Below the pieces are notes generated by a model. It ran no database searches. It saw only the letters and a program-made list of their open reading frames with translations, and was not told the DNA's origin. Below, one piece after another: positions 1 through 11,057 of a stretch of DNA of 64,000 nt. A program made the position numbers and the translations under genes. Every line of letters begins with the position of its first letter. Within the stretch, counting starts at the first letter, position 1. This stretch comes from Parasitella parasitica NRRL 2501 (taxonomy: Eukaryota > Fungi > Mucoromycota): positions 3,861-67,860 of the forward strand of contig MU619383.1 of assembly GCA_025201805.1 (NCBI GenBank), in the 5' to 3' direction.

Positions 1-321
1 TATGTTTTTTAAGTTAAAATACCAGTTCATAAAGTTGTAAAGGGATAGATAAAACAAAAGAAAAAGGCCAAGGAGAGCTAACAAAGAAGCTAAAATAGTA
101 TGCATTCGGTCATCACAATATGCAATGTTTTGGGCTAAGCATGCAGAAAGAAGCCAACGGAAAAACACAGCTACAAGAGATCATCTCAAAATTTGAAAGC
201 AAACATGTACAAACAAAATATATACTTTATTCAAGTATATTGCTACTGGCGCTAGCATTATTACCACCAGCGTCCTCTTCAACATTTTGAACAACATTTT
301 GGTTTTAGAAATAAGTGATTT

Positions 322-1102
322 NNNNNNNNNNNNNNNNNNNNNNNNNNNNNNNNNNNNNNNNNNNNNNNNNNNNNNNNNNNNNNNNNNNNNNNNNNNNNNN
401 NNNNNNNNNNNNNNNNNNNNNNNNNNNNNNNNNNNNNNNNNNNNNNNNNNNNNNNNNNNNNNNNNNNNNNNNNNNNNNNNNNNNNNNNNNNNNNNNNNNN
501 NNNNNNNNNNNNNNNNNNNNNNNNNNNNNNNNNNNNNNNNNNNNNNNNNNNNNNNNNNNNNNNNNNNNNNNNNNNNNNNNNNNNNNNNNNNNNNNNNNNN
601 NNNNNNNNNNNNNNNNNNNNNNNNNNNNNNNNNNNNNNNNNNNNNNNNNNNNNNNNNNNNNNNNNNNNNNNNNNNNNNNNNNNNNNNNNNNNNNNNNNNN
701 NNNNNNNNNNNNNNNNNNNNNNNNNNNNNNNNNNNNNNNNNNNNNNNNNNNNNNNNNNNNNNNNNNNNNNNNNNNNNNNNNNNNNNNNNNNNNNNNNNNN
801 NNNNNNNNNNNNNNNNNNNNNNNNNNNNNNNNNNNNNNNNNNNNNNNNNNNNNNNNNNNNNNNNNNNNNNNNNNNNNNNNNNNNNNNNNNNNNNNNNNNN
901 NNNNNNNNNNNNNNNNNNNNNNNNNNNNNNNNNNNNNNNNNNNNNNNNNNNNNNNNNNNNNNNNNNNNNNNNNNNNNNNNNNNNNNNNNNNNNNNNNNNN
1001 NNNNNNNNNNNNNNNNNNNNNNNNNNNNNNNNNNNNNNNNNNNNNNNNNNNNNNNNNNNNNNNNNNNNNNNNNNNNNNNNNNNNNNNNNNNNNNNNNNNN
1101 NN
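322..1102. other. Assembly gap (781 N)
   Basis: Run of N. The ORF-track entries spanning it are artefacts. Confidence 1.
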
Positions 1103-1154
1103 GTCCTGGAAATGCTGTGATTTAATAAGGTTTGACACTTCTTGTCAAACATCA

Positions 1155-1340
1155 GATGTTATGTGGATAAACATTGATTGGGATATATGTTAGTATAAAT
1201 AGAGATCATATCTTGTGTCAATAAAAGTCTTCAGTTTTGTATCTGGTTTTATTCAGAAAGTCTTTATTACTTTATACAAATCTTATTTACATAACATTAC
1301 GCTGCGCCCTTTGACACTGGCACAACAAATACCTCAACAA
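1155..1340 (+). repeat. LTR-like fragment, diverged copy at ~27585-27750
   Basis: Shares blocks with 27585-27750 (GTTATGTrGATAAAyATTGAT, GTTTTGTATCTGGTTTTA). Has TATAAATAG followed ~20 nt later by AATAAA, an LTR-type promoter/polyA arrangement. Confidence 0.5.
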
Positions 1341-1579
1341 ATATTTGGTAGCAAATGTTACTACCAGCACAAAAAAAACCGAAATGTCTCAGAAATAGTA
1401 TTATGTCATTAAAAATGAGCTATCTCAACTTTTTATTTATAAACGCACATTCTGTGGCAAAATTATTTAAGTTCTCACAAGCACATAAATACTCCCATGA
1501 CCCTAATAATGTTCCCATTTGAGCACATTTATGTTTACCGAGAACATCCAGGAGGCCATAGTGCGAAATCAAACCACAA

Positions 1580-1820
1580 ATCACATTTGGAACGTATAGA
1601 GCAATGTAAGGACTGGTACATGCATGTCATCATTTACAAATGTGTCAGAAACAGAGAAACTTGGCTGACAGTTACGGCGTATGTAACTGACAGACAGACC
1701 GTTTACAACAACGAATATACAGTAAATAGAGTAGAAATGTCTAACCTTTGCACGTTATCCTATTTCAAAATAAAGAAGGAATGAAATTGTATCTATTGCT
1801 GTTTTTACTTTTTTACTACA
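1580..1820 (+). repeat. ~250-bp dispersed non-coding repeat, copy 1 of 3
   Basis: Reverse-complement matches to ~23960-24240 and ~63580-63850 (e.g. CTGACAGTTACGGC, AAATAAAGAAGGAAT..AATTGTATCTATTG). Confidence 0.85.
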
Positions 1821-3545
1821 GTGGAGTTCAAGAGAGTAGTGCGTATGAGAGTCGTCCAGAGCGCCGCGGTCAGCACGGGTCGTTCAGAGGGGTATTTTCA
1901 AGCGGCAGACGCAACCAAGGTGCTATCAAGCGTGCGGATAGCGGTGGCGTTGGCAAACGCTACCATTGCGACCAGCATGGAGCTAATGATTCTCATAACT
2001 CGAAAGACTGTTAGTTCCTGAAGTTCAAGCGGGCACGAGCAGAAGGCAAGTGTGTCAAGTGTGGAAAGCCTTACGAAAGAGGACATGCTGAGATTTGTGG
2101 GCAACGCCGTCCTCCGGGTGTAGGTCTCTCGCCGACGGTATTGAACCAAGAGGTGTTTTCCACAAGTGTAGCACCGGCGGCAGCAAAGGAGTCGTCCGAG
2201 TCCAGCAAACTGGAAGATGCTGAGAGCATGGCGGTCGATCAAGACCATTTGCTTAGTGAGTTGGCATTTCAATGTAAGTTGCCTAATGTGAAAGCGGTAA
2301 AGACTGAAACTAATTTCTTTGCGTTGTTGACCCCGTTGTTGATTTGTGTAGAATCCACCAAGTGTATCAAAGTCATTTGCAAAGTGGATACCGGGTTGCA
2401 GATTAGTTGTATCAGTTTGAGTTTTTTAATAGATGTGCTTAAAATTAAAAAAGTGAAGAAAGTGGAATGTTACCTAAAGTTTTTATCTAAGTCTATGAAG
2501 CGAGTGGCAATGACATTTCTGTTGAAATTCAAATATGCGAATGGAATTGTATTTGAGCATGCGTTAGAAGTTGTACAGTTTGAACAAGGTCTAGACTTTG
2601 AAGTTTTGTTGGGAGTAGATGTGTTGCCCAAAATGAATATCGTCGGTTTGACGGGTGTGGCGTTTCGCATTGACAGTGAGCATCAGCACTCGGATGCCAC
2701 GGAGCATGATGAGAGAAGAATGTTTGAGAATATCAATTTTGATTTTGAAGGCAAACATCTAGAAGCTGATAACTCACCTGCCGGAACTTTGGCAGAGCGT
2801 AAAGAGTTTGAGGAGTATATTTGAGAGTCTTTGAAGCGCAATAAGGCCATTCATATTGAGTCGTGTTGTCCATTGCCAGAAGCGGTTGTGAGATTACCTA
2901 CCAATGAAGGAGCGACTGCGCATCGTCATCCTTATCCTATAGCAGAAGCATTGAAGCCTGTGGTGGCAAAGTAAATTCAAAAGTGGTTGGTGTTTTAATA
3001 TACGAAATATAGATATACAATTAAAACTGGATATATTTATTTATATATAAAAAATAAGATGATTCTTCTCTACACAACATTTGCCTAGACTATTTATACT
3101 TTTCGAGTGCTGACATCGGTTGCATGCTTGTGGAATCGAGGCCTAATAAACTTGCACCAGATAGAACCAATTACTAGCCATGTGCTGCTAGTACAAGTAA
3201 TCGTAAACCAGTTATTACCAGAAGGAGACAGGAAGGATAGTGGTCTTGAGAAAGAGTATAATCGCCTTGTGGTATAAAGGATTTCTAATGAGTGTAACCA
3301 TGGTATAATACTTTTGCATAATTGTGAGAATACCCAAGTTGGATCTCAGGCACAACATCAACTCAACAACCCACCTCGCTTAGCCTTTACATCCTAAACA
3401 GTTGGATACCAAGACTATTGGGAGATCGAGAATCAACTCGTCCTTTAATAGTCCATTGTTGGTAGTACCAAAGCGTGACAAACTGGGTAACGTGGTCGAT
3501 CATTGCGTGTGTTTGGATGTGCGTTTGCTGAACAGTATCTTGCCA
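1821..3545 (+). mobile_element. Degenerate Ty3/Gypsy retrotransposon gag-pol relic
   Basis: One frame with in-frame stops carries Gag zinc knuckles (CDQHGANDSHNSKDC, CVKCGKPYERGHAEIC), an aspartic protease (VDTGLQISCIS...LLGVDVL) and the RT N-terminus (PYPIAEALKPVVAK*IQKWL). After an insertion it resumes with the RT motif SFNSPLLVVPKRD...VCLDVRLLN at ~3430-3545. Confidence 0.88.
2991..3420 (-). mobile_element. LTR-like insertion interrupting the Gypsy RT
   Basis: Non-coding block between two RT fragments. Minus strand contains TATAAATAG and ends ...TAAAACA. Right boundary approximate. Confidence 0.5.
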
Positions 3546-3747
3546 CCCCCTTATAACTTTCCTACCTACAGTACATGGTCCGATACAGAATTCCGAGGCT
3601 GCTTGACAAAGACACTTAGCAAACATATCCTCCATACCTATTATAATGTTTCGGGATATTAATCCATAAAAATTTGGGATGTATGCAAAATTTGCAATGG
3701 TAACATATTTCTGAGCTTGAATTTACCACTGCGAATATAGGTCTTAA

Positions 3748-5230
3748 TAAGCAGTGAGGCAGTTATTTTAATTGACGAGCGAAGCATCAACTCCATAAAC
3801 AATCTGGTTATGTCTTGATATGAATTAATAGCCAAGACACTGTAAAATATGACTTCAAAAGCTATTATTTTTATATAGCTTTATTTTTTGGTTAAAATAA
3901 ATGCCATTTAATCATAAATATCATCTTTCCCCCGCTTAAAGATCTATAATGCAATCTCTGATATCTTTACGAACTATTAAGTGATAGAGACACAAACTTC
4001 AGCCAGAATCTTTTTTTTTGCACCATTCTACAACGTACCCAAGTTTCATACAGCTCCAACCGTTTTTCGGATTTTGCTATGTCTGGACCCAAAACCTCGT
4101 ATTTGATTTTCAGTTTTCAACTTTGGATCAACCTTCAGGGTCATTTTTTGGTAGAAATTTGCGGTCTAAACTAAGAATACAGGCTAGTACTAGTATAATA
4201 ACTGTACATCACTACGTCTCCCGATTCTCGATATCTATCTTTGCTGTCGAGATATTTCCAAAACCAGATTGTGCAAATTTTCAAGATTTTACAGCGTATG
4301 CTCCTATAACAAGTACAAAATCTTGCAATTAAGTCATGTCCAAGTTTTTAAGTAAAGTAATAAAGCATGTTTTGGTACACCTACTGGTAATAAACATGCT
4401 GCATTTAAGCTCGAATTCGACAAGCTTAGGCAAATTTTGTCTTTTTACATTAAACTTTGTTCCCCTTTTTCTCAAAATACTACTATAACACTTTGGATTG
4501 AGTGATTATTAAAATCTTTTTGAAACTTGATTCTCTACTAGATGTATTAGTTTTTAGATAGATATGTTGAAAAAAATATTTTTTGATAAGTTTTTAGCAG
4601 AGGCTTAATTTATTTTCGTAACTTTCAGAGTAATGTATGGAAAATAACAATACATTATATAGCAATACAAAAATAGTGCTACAACATAGCTACCTAATGG
4701 TTTTTGTTTGTTCAAAAAATACCAATTTTTGAGTGAGAAAATCTCGAAAAACGGAATTGATTTTTAACCTTTTGAATGGCTTCATTTTGGCCCTCTAAGG
4801 ATAGGGCTGGAAAATTGTAGATTCATTTTGGTCGAGACAAGATTTTGATTTTTGGCAGAAAAAATAATGCCACAGTTGTAAACAAAATATTGATGTGTAG
4901 GTATTGACATGGTGGTTTGTTTGGTCAACTTTATAGAGCTGAATAAGCTCAAAATACTCTTGATTTTACTCAAAAACCATCAAAAAGGGCGTTTTTTGAA
5001 TATTTGAAAATTGGTAGTAAGGAAAAGTGTTTCTATAGCCTTGTAATCTATATGGTTGGATGCAGATTTTATTTTTTGTCTTAAAACACTTAGTACGCAT
5101 ATCCGATATACTTATTTCATTTATGAGATATCTAGCAATGAACCATGCAAAAAAAAGCTCGAAACTGGTTTAGGTCAAATGGTAACGCAGTGCTGAGTTT
5201 CAATCTACAGCCGTTTTTTTTTTCGCTATA
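3748..5230 (+). repeat. ~1.48-kb dispersed non-coding repeat, copy 1
   Basis: Colinear high-identity match to ~25246-26725. Confidence 0.92.
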
Positions 5231-5237
5231 TCTATTT

Positions 5238-6260
5238 TGTTGGATCAAAAATTTAATAAAAAAACCAAAAGTTAACGAGATACGAAGACTAAAGATACTT
5301 TATTTAAGATCGAAATTGCATCTGCTATTTATACTTTTTACAACTACATAAATTTATGGTGACATATTTAGATTACTAATTGACAAGACTAATTCACAGT
5401 GACAATCTACTTGACAGGGTACGATATGAGGTTATACAGCAAGGGCTACACGTCTTTGATCTGACAGAGCCTTAACCTTTATCCTGGTGCTCAGATCTGT
5501 GTTACTTACAGGAATAACCTTCTTGATTTGAAACAGTGACTTTATTCTCCAATTTACATAAGCGTACCACATTACATCATTGGACAATCTTCAATCTTCA
5601 ATTGAAGTATATTGCCATGATCTCCTGCCTATAATTATGGCAAATCAATTAGCATTTGCCAGAGTTGTAGGAGATTGTAGTTTGATCAGGAGTGCAAGCT
5701 TCTACAAACACTTGTTATTGTTTACTTGTGCTTTTCATGTATTTGGCTCCTGGATGGATCAGCCATGATCCATCTGGATTTTATTTCAATGTAATTTTGG
5801 TGCCTTATAATAGGTGCCATTTCATTACAGTATTCATCTTAACATATATCGGTATATGTAGCATGTCTATAGCGTCATGAGCCTGTCTAAAGCATTGCAC
5901 ATATTGTACAAATCTGTAGTACATAATGTATCTGTAGCTAGTATCATGGATACAAGTATATGTCTTGTAGTGGGTATCTAGAAACTGGGAATACGCATCT
6001 GAAGCATAGATCTTATATAGCATAAGCTCGTAACATATACTAAATCTAGTAAATGTCTAAGGCTCGTGTCGAGATATAAGTATCAGTCTATAGCGTCATC
6101 CATCCTAATGGTGCCATCTCTAAACTATGTCTTATATAGTAGTATAAATCTGTATTGTACATCTTATTATCATCTGTGGGCATATGTAGTCTATGTCAAT
6201 TTAAGGTAGCTGGATGAATCTAGAAGTAAAATGCAGATCATCGTAGTCAATGTATTTCAC
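5238..6260 (-). mobile_element. LTR-like element fragment (internally deleted copy)
   Basis: 5238-5651 matches 62532-62952. 5649-5829 matches the reverse complement of 27766-27946. 6085-6260 matches the reverse complement of 24687-24856. Minus strand has TATAAATAG, then AATAAA, then the terminus ...GATCCAACA. Confidence 0.7.
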
Positions 6261-8183
6261 AAATACTACCGCCATTATTTAGTGCATGATATATTTGTTT
6301 TATTATTGAGGTTGGTCCAGGAATATAGAGTGATAGACATTAATTTGTGAGGTTATTTAAATGTAGCATTTGTTTCTAACTATTCCATAAAAGGAGCCAG
6401 CTGTCTATTTAAATGTTAGTTCTAAGATCAAATTGATATTAAGTAACGTTTTTAGTTTCTTAATTGTGTGAAGGGAGAAATTGTAGTAATGAAGTTCCTA
6501 TGAGTGATAGGAACTGTCAAGGTGAAACCAATTATCCTCAACTTGGAGCAACTTTAAACAAACATTTCGAATAGTTGGTCCGTGTGTTTGACTGTTGATT
6601 AAGCTCGCCTTATCTTGGTGTTGTCCGTGGGAGTGGCAGCCAAGATTGTATTACGCTATTCTGCGACAGTTGATATATTATAATGGTTTATATTTGATAC
6701 AATCATATAATGTATTCGCAGTAAACCAGAACACATATTAACTTGTGGACATTAATAATGCAGATGCGACAGCTTGTATAAATCAGAGAATAATATCAAA
6801 AAACTTCTTCAGATGGTTTAATCTCGCAACAGTGGGTCACCTAATATCAAGTGCGAATACTTAACTACAGTTTTTATATGAGACTTTAAAACACAAGACA
6901 ATGTGCTTGTGAAAAATATGATTCTCTATTTTTAATGTGCAAAAATCAGATCTAAAGGAAATCCCGTTTTTTGAAACAATACATGAAACATACTATTTAT
7001 GCATCTAGATCATACCAACTGCTTATAGCTTTACGCCTTGCCCTCACATTGATACATAATTGAACGTCAATTTATATGGATCTAATTATATAGAAAAAAA
7101 TATCGAATAACTTAACTCTAATAAATAAATATGCGAGAGCCATAAAGCTGCAAATTTTGAAAAACTCGTAGGGTTCCAAAACCACAAGCGTAAAAAAATG
7201 TAACATTACATCCATTCATTTAATAACTACCGTGTCGGCGCATATGTAGTGTTTTATATTATATTGTTGTGAGGGCTCGGTTGTGGGATGTGATTTACCT
7301 GCACTTTCCAATACAATACGCCTATTCAACTATCCAATTACTCCGATACGCAAGCACCTATTACTAAAACACTACTTCTAGATGTATGGAAAAAAATGTA
7401 ATAGAAAAAATTAACTTCAAGGGGATAAAGAACTGATAATGAATAATTGGAATATTTATACGTAATAACTGTTTGTTTGTTGGCGCTATACGCCTTACTC
7501 GCATGACCCTTTTGTGGACATGCCCACTCACAACAATATATAATATTGCTAGAGATTAGGGGTTTAGGTATTTTTTCGATATATGGCACATCGAGTCATT
7601 TTATAACTCCACAATACATACCAAAAATCCCAATATGTTTATGTTGAATTACATGATATCTATACGACTTAAATGCTTCATTATAACATGCCATTCTGAA
7701 ATAAAAACTCGATAAATTGTAAGTATACGAATAACAAGATAACATCCAATTGAATAGATTATTGACAGCTGAGACTTGACTGTCATTGGACACATGTGAT
7801 TTTTATCAGCGCATTTCTCAAAGATTGCGCCCAAACTTGAGGGCGGTAGAACTAGCATGTTTATTGATAAATCGTCATTAACTTATCATGTCGAATTCAC
7901 GTAGAACAAAATTAATACCAGAGCTCATGTTATGTGAACCAATTGATGTTGTACGAGTAACGCTTTACTCTATTTTCTTTTTGGTTACATTTGAAAAGAA
8001 TGAAATCATTTTTCGTACAACCCAACACAGAGAAATAGGCCTTGGGTGGTCAGCTCGTTTATGATGGCATTTGAGCATTATTCATTCATTTGAAAAGAGG
8101 TTCAGAAGAGTTTTTATTATTAAAATATTACAAAATTATATGTAAATAGAAAATACATAATATATACAATTGAAAAAAGAGTT

Positions 8184-8651
8184 CTATAGTAGCGTTAATT
8201 TGACAGAGCCTTTGATTTTTGCTTTCAGTTTGATATCAGCGTCTAAATTCAAATCAAGTCTCAGCCGCAAAGCAGAATTGCCACCAGCATTAGGGTTTGA
8301 AGCAAGCTCTGGCTTTTTCATAGATGCTGCTGCTTTTTTTAATGTTTCTGCCTGTTGTTTTGCTAAATCCTGTTGCGCACTTGATGCTATGGCAGCTTTC
8401 TTCTTTTTTATCGTTTTTGTTTTATCTTTGTCATCAACTGTATCCAACTTTTTACTCTTTTTCTTGCTTTTTTTTACTGAAGAATCAGAGTTGTTGCTTT
8501 CAGCGATTACTTTTTTCTTCTTCTTTTTCTGCTTTTCTTCTTTGCCTGCTGTTTCGGTTGTCTCTGTTTTATTTACAGCTGAGCTCTTCTTTTTTGGTAA
8601 TAGTGTGGATTTTGATAAGGGAAGCGTGCCTTTATTTTTTAATGTCTCCAT
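8184..8651 (-). CDS. Cluster gene A: 155-aa Lys-rich disordered protein with C-terminal LRLDLNL motif
   Basis: Intronless ORF from the ATG at 8651 (METLKNKG). Ends ALRLRLDLNLDADIKLKAKIKGSVKLTLL*, a motif shared with three neighbours. Confidence 0.88.
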   Translation of the reverse strand: METLKNKGTLPLSKSTLLPKKKSSAVNKTETTETAGKEEKQKKKKKKVIAESNNSDSSVKKSKKKSKKLDTVDDKDKTKTIKKKKAAIASSAQQDLAKQQAETLKKAAASMKKPELASNPNAGGNSALRLRLDLNLDADIKLKAKIKGSVKLTLL

Positions 8652-9049
8652 GATCAACAATGTAAAGAACAAAGAAAAGACTTAATCGTTTGTATTGTTC
8701 AGTCAGAAGCTAAGCAGAAATAAAGAAAAGTGATGACATTTTTGTCGTCATGTCAACCTGAAACCAGGCACCTGCATTCATGCGGCGATCATCAGCCTCG
8801 CACGATTGGTCCAATTAAACTTACGAGATAATCCAAGAAGAAGCAATGATGGCATCGTTCCCAACTTGGTGCTCTGAAATTAGTATAGTAACTCATTTTT
8901 CCATGATCCTATATCATCATTACGTCTGTTTACTCTCAGTCTTTTCTTTTTTTCAATTCAAGTGATATAATTTTAAAGCGATTACACGAAAGAAAACTGG
9001 CCCTTCTTCTTTCTCTTGGAAACATTAATTATCGAAATAATAAATCAAC

Positions 9050-9604
9050 ATGTCACCTACAACTACTCCCACAAAGCCTAAAACAGAAAACAAAACAAAG
9101 ACAGATGCTGCCAAGAATAAGACTCCTGAAGAAACGAAGACACAAAATGATAAAAAAGACACTAAAACTTCACAAAACCAGGCTCCTTCTAAAGCTGTAG
9201 AATCCAGTGATGAAGATGATTCTGATGAAGACAATGACTCTGCTGATGATGCCTCTAGTGATGAAGAGACTGATTCTGACGAAGAGACTGATTCTGACGA
9301 AGAGACTGATTCTGATGAAGAGTCCGATTCTGAGGAAGATACTGCTTCTGAGGAGGAGGAATCCTCTGATGAAGAGGAATTGACACCAAAGCAACTGGCC
9401 AGACTCAAAAAGAAAAATGGTTTGGTGAAAGGTGTTACTGATACTGCTGGTCAAGTAGGCGGGGCAGTTGGTGGAGCAGTGAACAACGGCCGAAACAGTG
9501 GTAGTGATCATCCTCTTAGTCTTCGTCTTGATCTCAATTTAGATGTTGAAATCGAACTCAAAGCTCGGGTTCACGGTGATGTTACTTTGGCCCTGCTACG
9601 TTAA
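9050..9604 (+). CDS. Cluster gene B: 184-aa acidic disordered protein with C-terminal LRLDLNL motif
   Basis: Intronless ORF with SDEETD repeats. Ends PLSLRLDLNLDVEIELKARVHGDVTLALLR*. Confidence 0.92.
   Translation: MSPTTTPTKPKTENKTKTDAAKNKTPEETKTQNDKKDTKTSQNQAPSKAVESSDEDDSDEDNDSADDASSDEETDSDEETDSDEETDSDEESDSEEDTASEEEESSDEEELTPKQLARLKKKNGLVKGVTDTAGQVGGAVGGAVNNGRNSGSDHPLSLRLDLNLDVEIELKARVHGDVTLALLR
9257..9379 (+). repeat. 18-bp coding tandem repeat (SDEETD x6-7)
   Basis: TCTGAyGAAGAGACTGAT units in frame in gene B, degenerating towards the 3' end. Confidence 0.9.
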
Positions 9605-9841
9605 TCTGTTACTTGTTTGTCAATCTCTATATATTTATAAAACATCTACATTTTATTATTATTTACTATTTTTTCCTTAAATAAATTGAATTTTATAACT
9701 CTACACATCAGATTCTTTTTAGAAATTAGGGGTAAATTTTTTAGATCTAAGATAATTCATAAAAATGAAACAGGACAAATCATTCAGATTATTACAATTC
9801 AAAGATATTTATTATATAATATTAAAGATAACTGACGGCAT

Positions 9842-10250
9842 TTATGCCAAAAGGGCAAGAGTAACATCACCTACACAAAAAGAGTTTTAGAAAATAACTA
9901 ACAATACGCATAAAATATTTCTTACCATGGACTCTTGCCTTGAGAGTAATTTCAACTTCCAAGTTGAGATCAAGACGCAGACTCAGGGGCTGTTGTCCAC
10001 CACCACTACCTTGTTGGCCTTGTTGCCCACCGCCACCAATAGCGCCTTCGCCCAGGCCTGATAATGTATCTAACGGATCATTCTTGATTAAACCAAGACC
10101 TTTGGATTTGGATGATTTTTTCTTCTTGGGCTTCCTTGTCTTTTCCTTCTTTTGCGATGATTTTTTTGATTTCACAGGAGCCTCATCCTCAGACCCGTTA
10201 GTTTCTTTGATCTTTCCCTCTTGCTTGTCCACTTCTTTAACTGAGGCCAT
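9842..10250 (-). CDS. Cluster gene C: 117-aa Lys/Gly/Gln-rich protein with C-terminal LRLDLNL motif (2 exons: 10250-9926, 9870-9842)
   Basis: Removing a 55-nt GTAAG...TAG intron (9925-9871) gives ...PLSLRLDLNLEVEITLKARVHGDVTLALLA*, nearly identical to gene B's tail. Confidence 0.9.
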
Positions 10251-10551
10251 TTTATTTTTTGATATATCGTTTTATTGGTAAAAAGAAGAAAAGAATACAT
10301 ATTAATTTTTATTTAGTGGGTTTATAAGATTCTTTATGATTGACATGACAACAGAATGACCAAATTAAATGACTCCATTCGATATTTTTACCCGTGAATT
10401 AAGGTCAATTTGGACACTAACTCTTTTTATAAAAAGTTTCCATATTACATCACCAAGTGATATGTAACTGTAACCTTTGTATTTATTACGAATTTTCTTT
10501 TCGTTTTTTCTATTTTCTTTTTTCTTTATATTAATTGCCTACATTTATAAC

Positions 10552-10821
10552 ATGTCTGAACAAGAGCAACAGCAGCAAAACCAAGTAGCCATCAAAGATA
10601 AAAAACGTAAGAAATCTTTACCGAAAAACAAGACCCGTCAAGAATCCATGCTGCAGCAAAGAAAAGCATTGGCAGCACAGCAACAGCAGCAACAGCAAGC
10701 AGCACAAAGCAGCGGTAGAAATAGCAGCATGCCCAAGGTGCGTCTTGATCTCAACCTGGAGGCAGAGCTCTATTTGAAAGCAAAAGCCAAAGGCGATGTC
10801 ACCTTGACATTGCTCTCCTAA
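10552..10821 (+). CDS. Cluster gene D: 89-aa Gln/Lys-rich protein with C-terminal LRLDLNL-type motif
   Basis: ATG at 10552 (MSEQEQQQQ). Ends PKVRLDLNLEAELYLKAKAKGDVTLTLLS*. Confidence 0.88.
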   Translation: MSEQEQQQQNQVAIKDKKRKKSLPKNKTRQESMLQQRKALAAQQQQQQQAAQSSGRNSSMPKVRLDLNLEAELYLKAKAKGDVTLTLLS

Positions 10822-11057
10822 GCCATTGCCTCTCAAACGTACATCCTCTTTGAACTAATCAATATGTTGTATACACATGTACATAAATAAATAATTATCC
10901 AAATCTATCCTTACCCAAACAAAAATCCTCTGTTCCTTTCTTAGCCATTTCAGGCGATAAATGATGCAGGATTATCTCTTTTTTTTTACACAGCTTTTTA
11001 AGTTATTACGGTTTATTATTCATTTAAAAAAGTTTCATGCACATAAAAATACATATT

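Noticed and set aside
181-1193. Long ORFs at the window start
   Set aside because: They are read-through of the N gap.
1580-1835. 250-bp repeat as the Gypsy element's own 5' LTR with a TGG primer-binding site
   Set aside because: Gag is already near its C-terminal knuckles immediately downstream, so the repeat more likely truncates the element. No tRNA match could be verified.
4018-4332. 104-aa ORF duplicated at 25515-25829
   Set aside because: Non-ATG start and no recognisable domain. The duplication is explained by the 1.48-kb repeat.
6300-8100. Short minus-strand ORFs left of the cluster
   Set aside because: Fragmented and lacking the cluster motif. Probably decayed TE, but I cannot assign a family.
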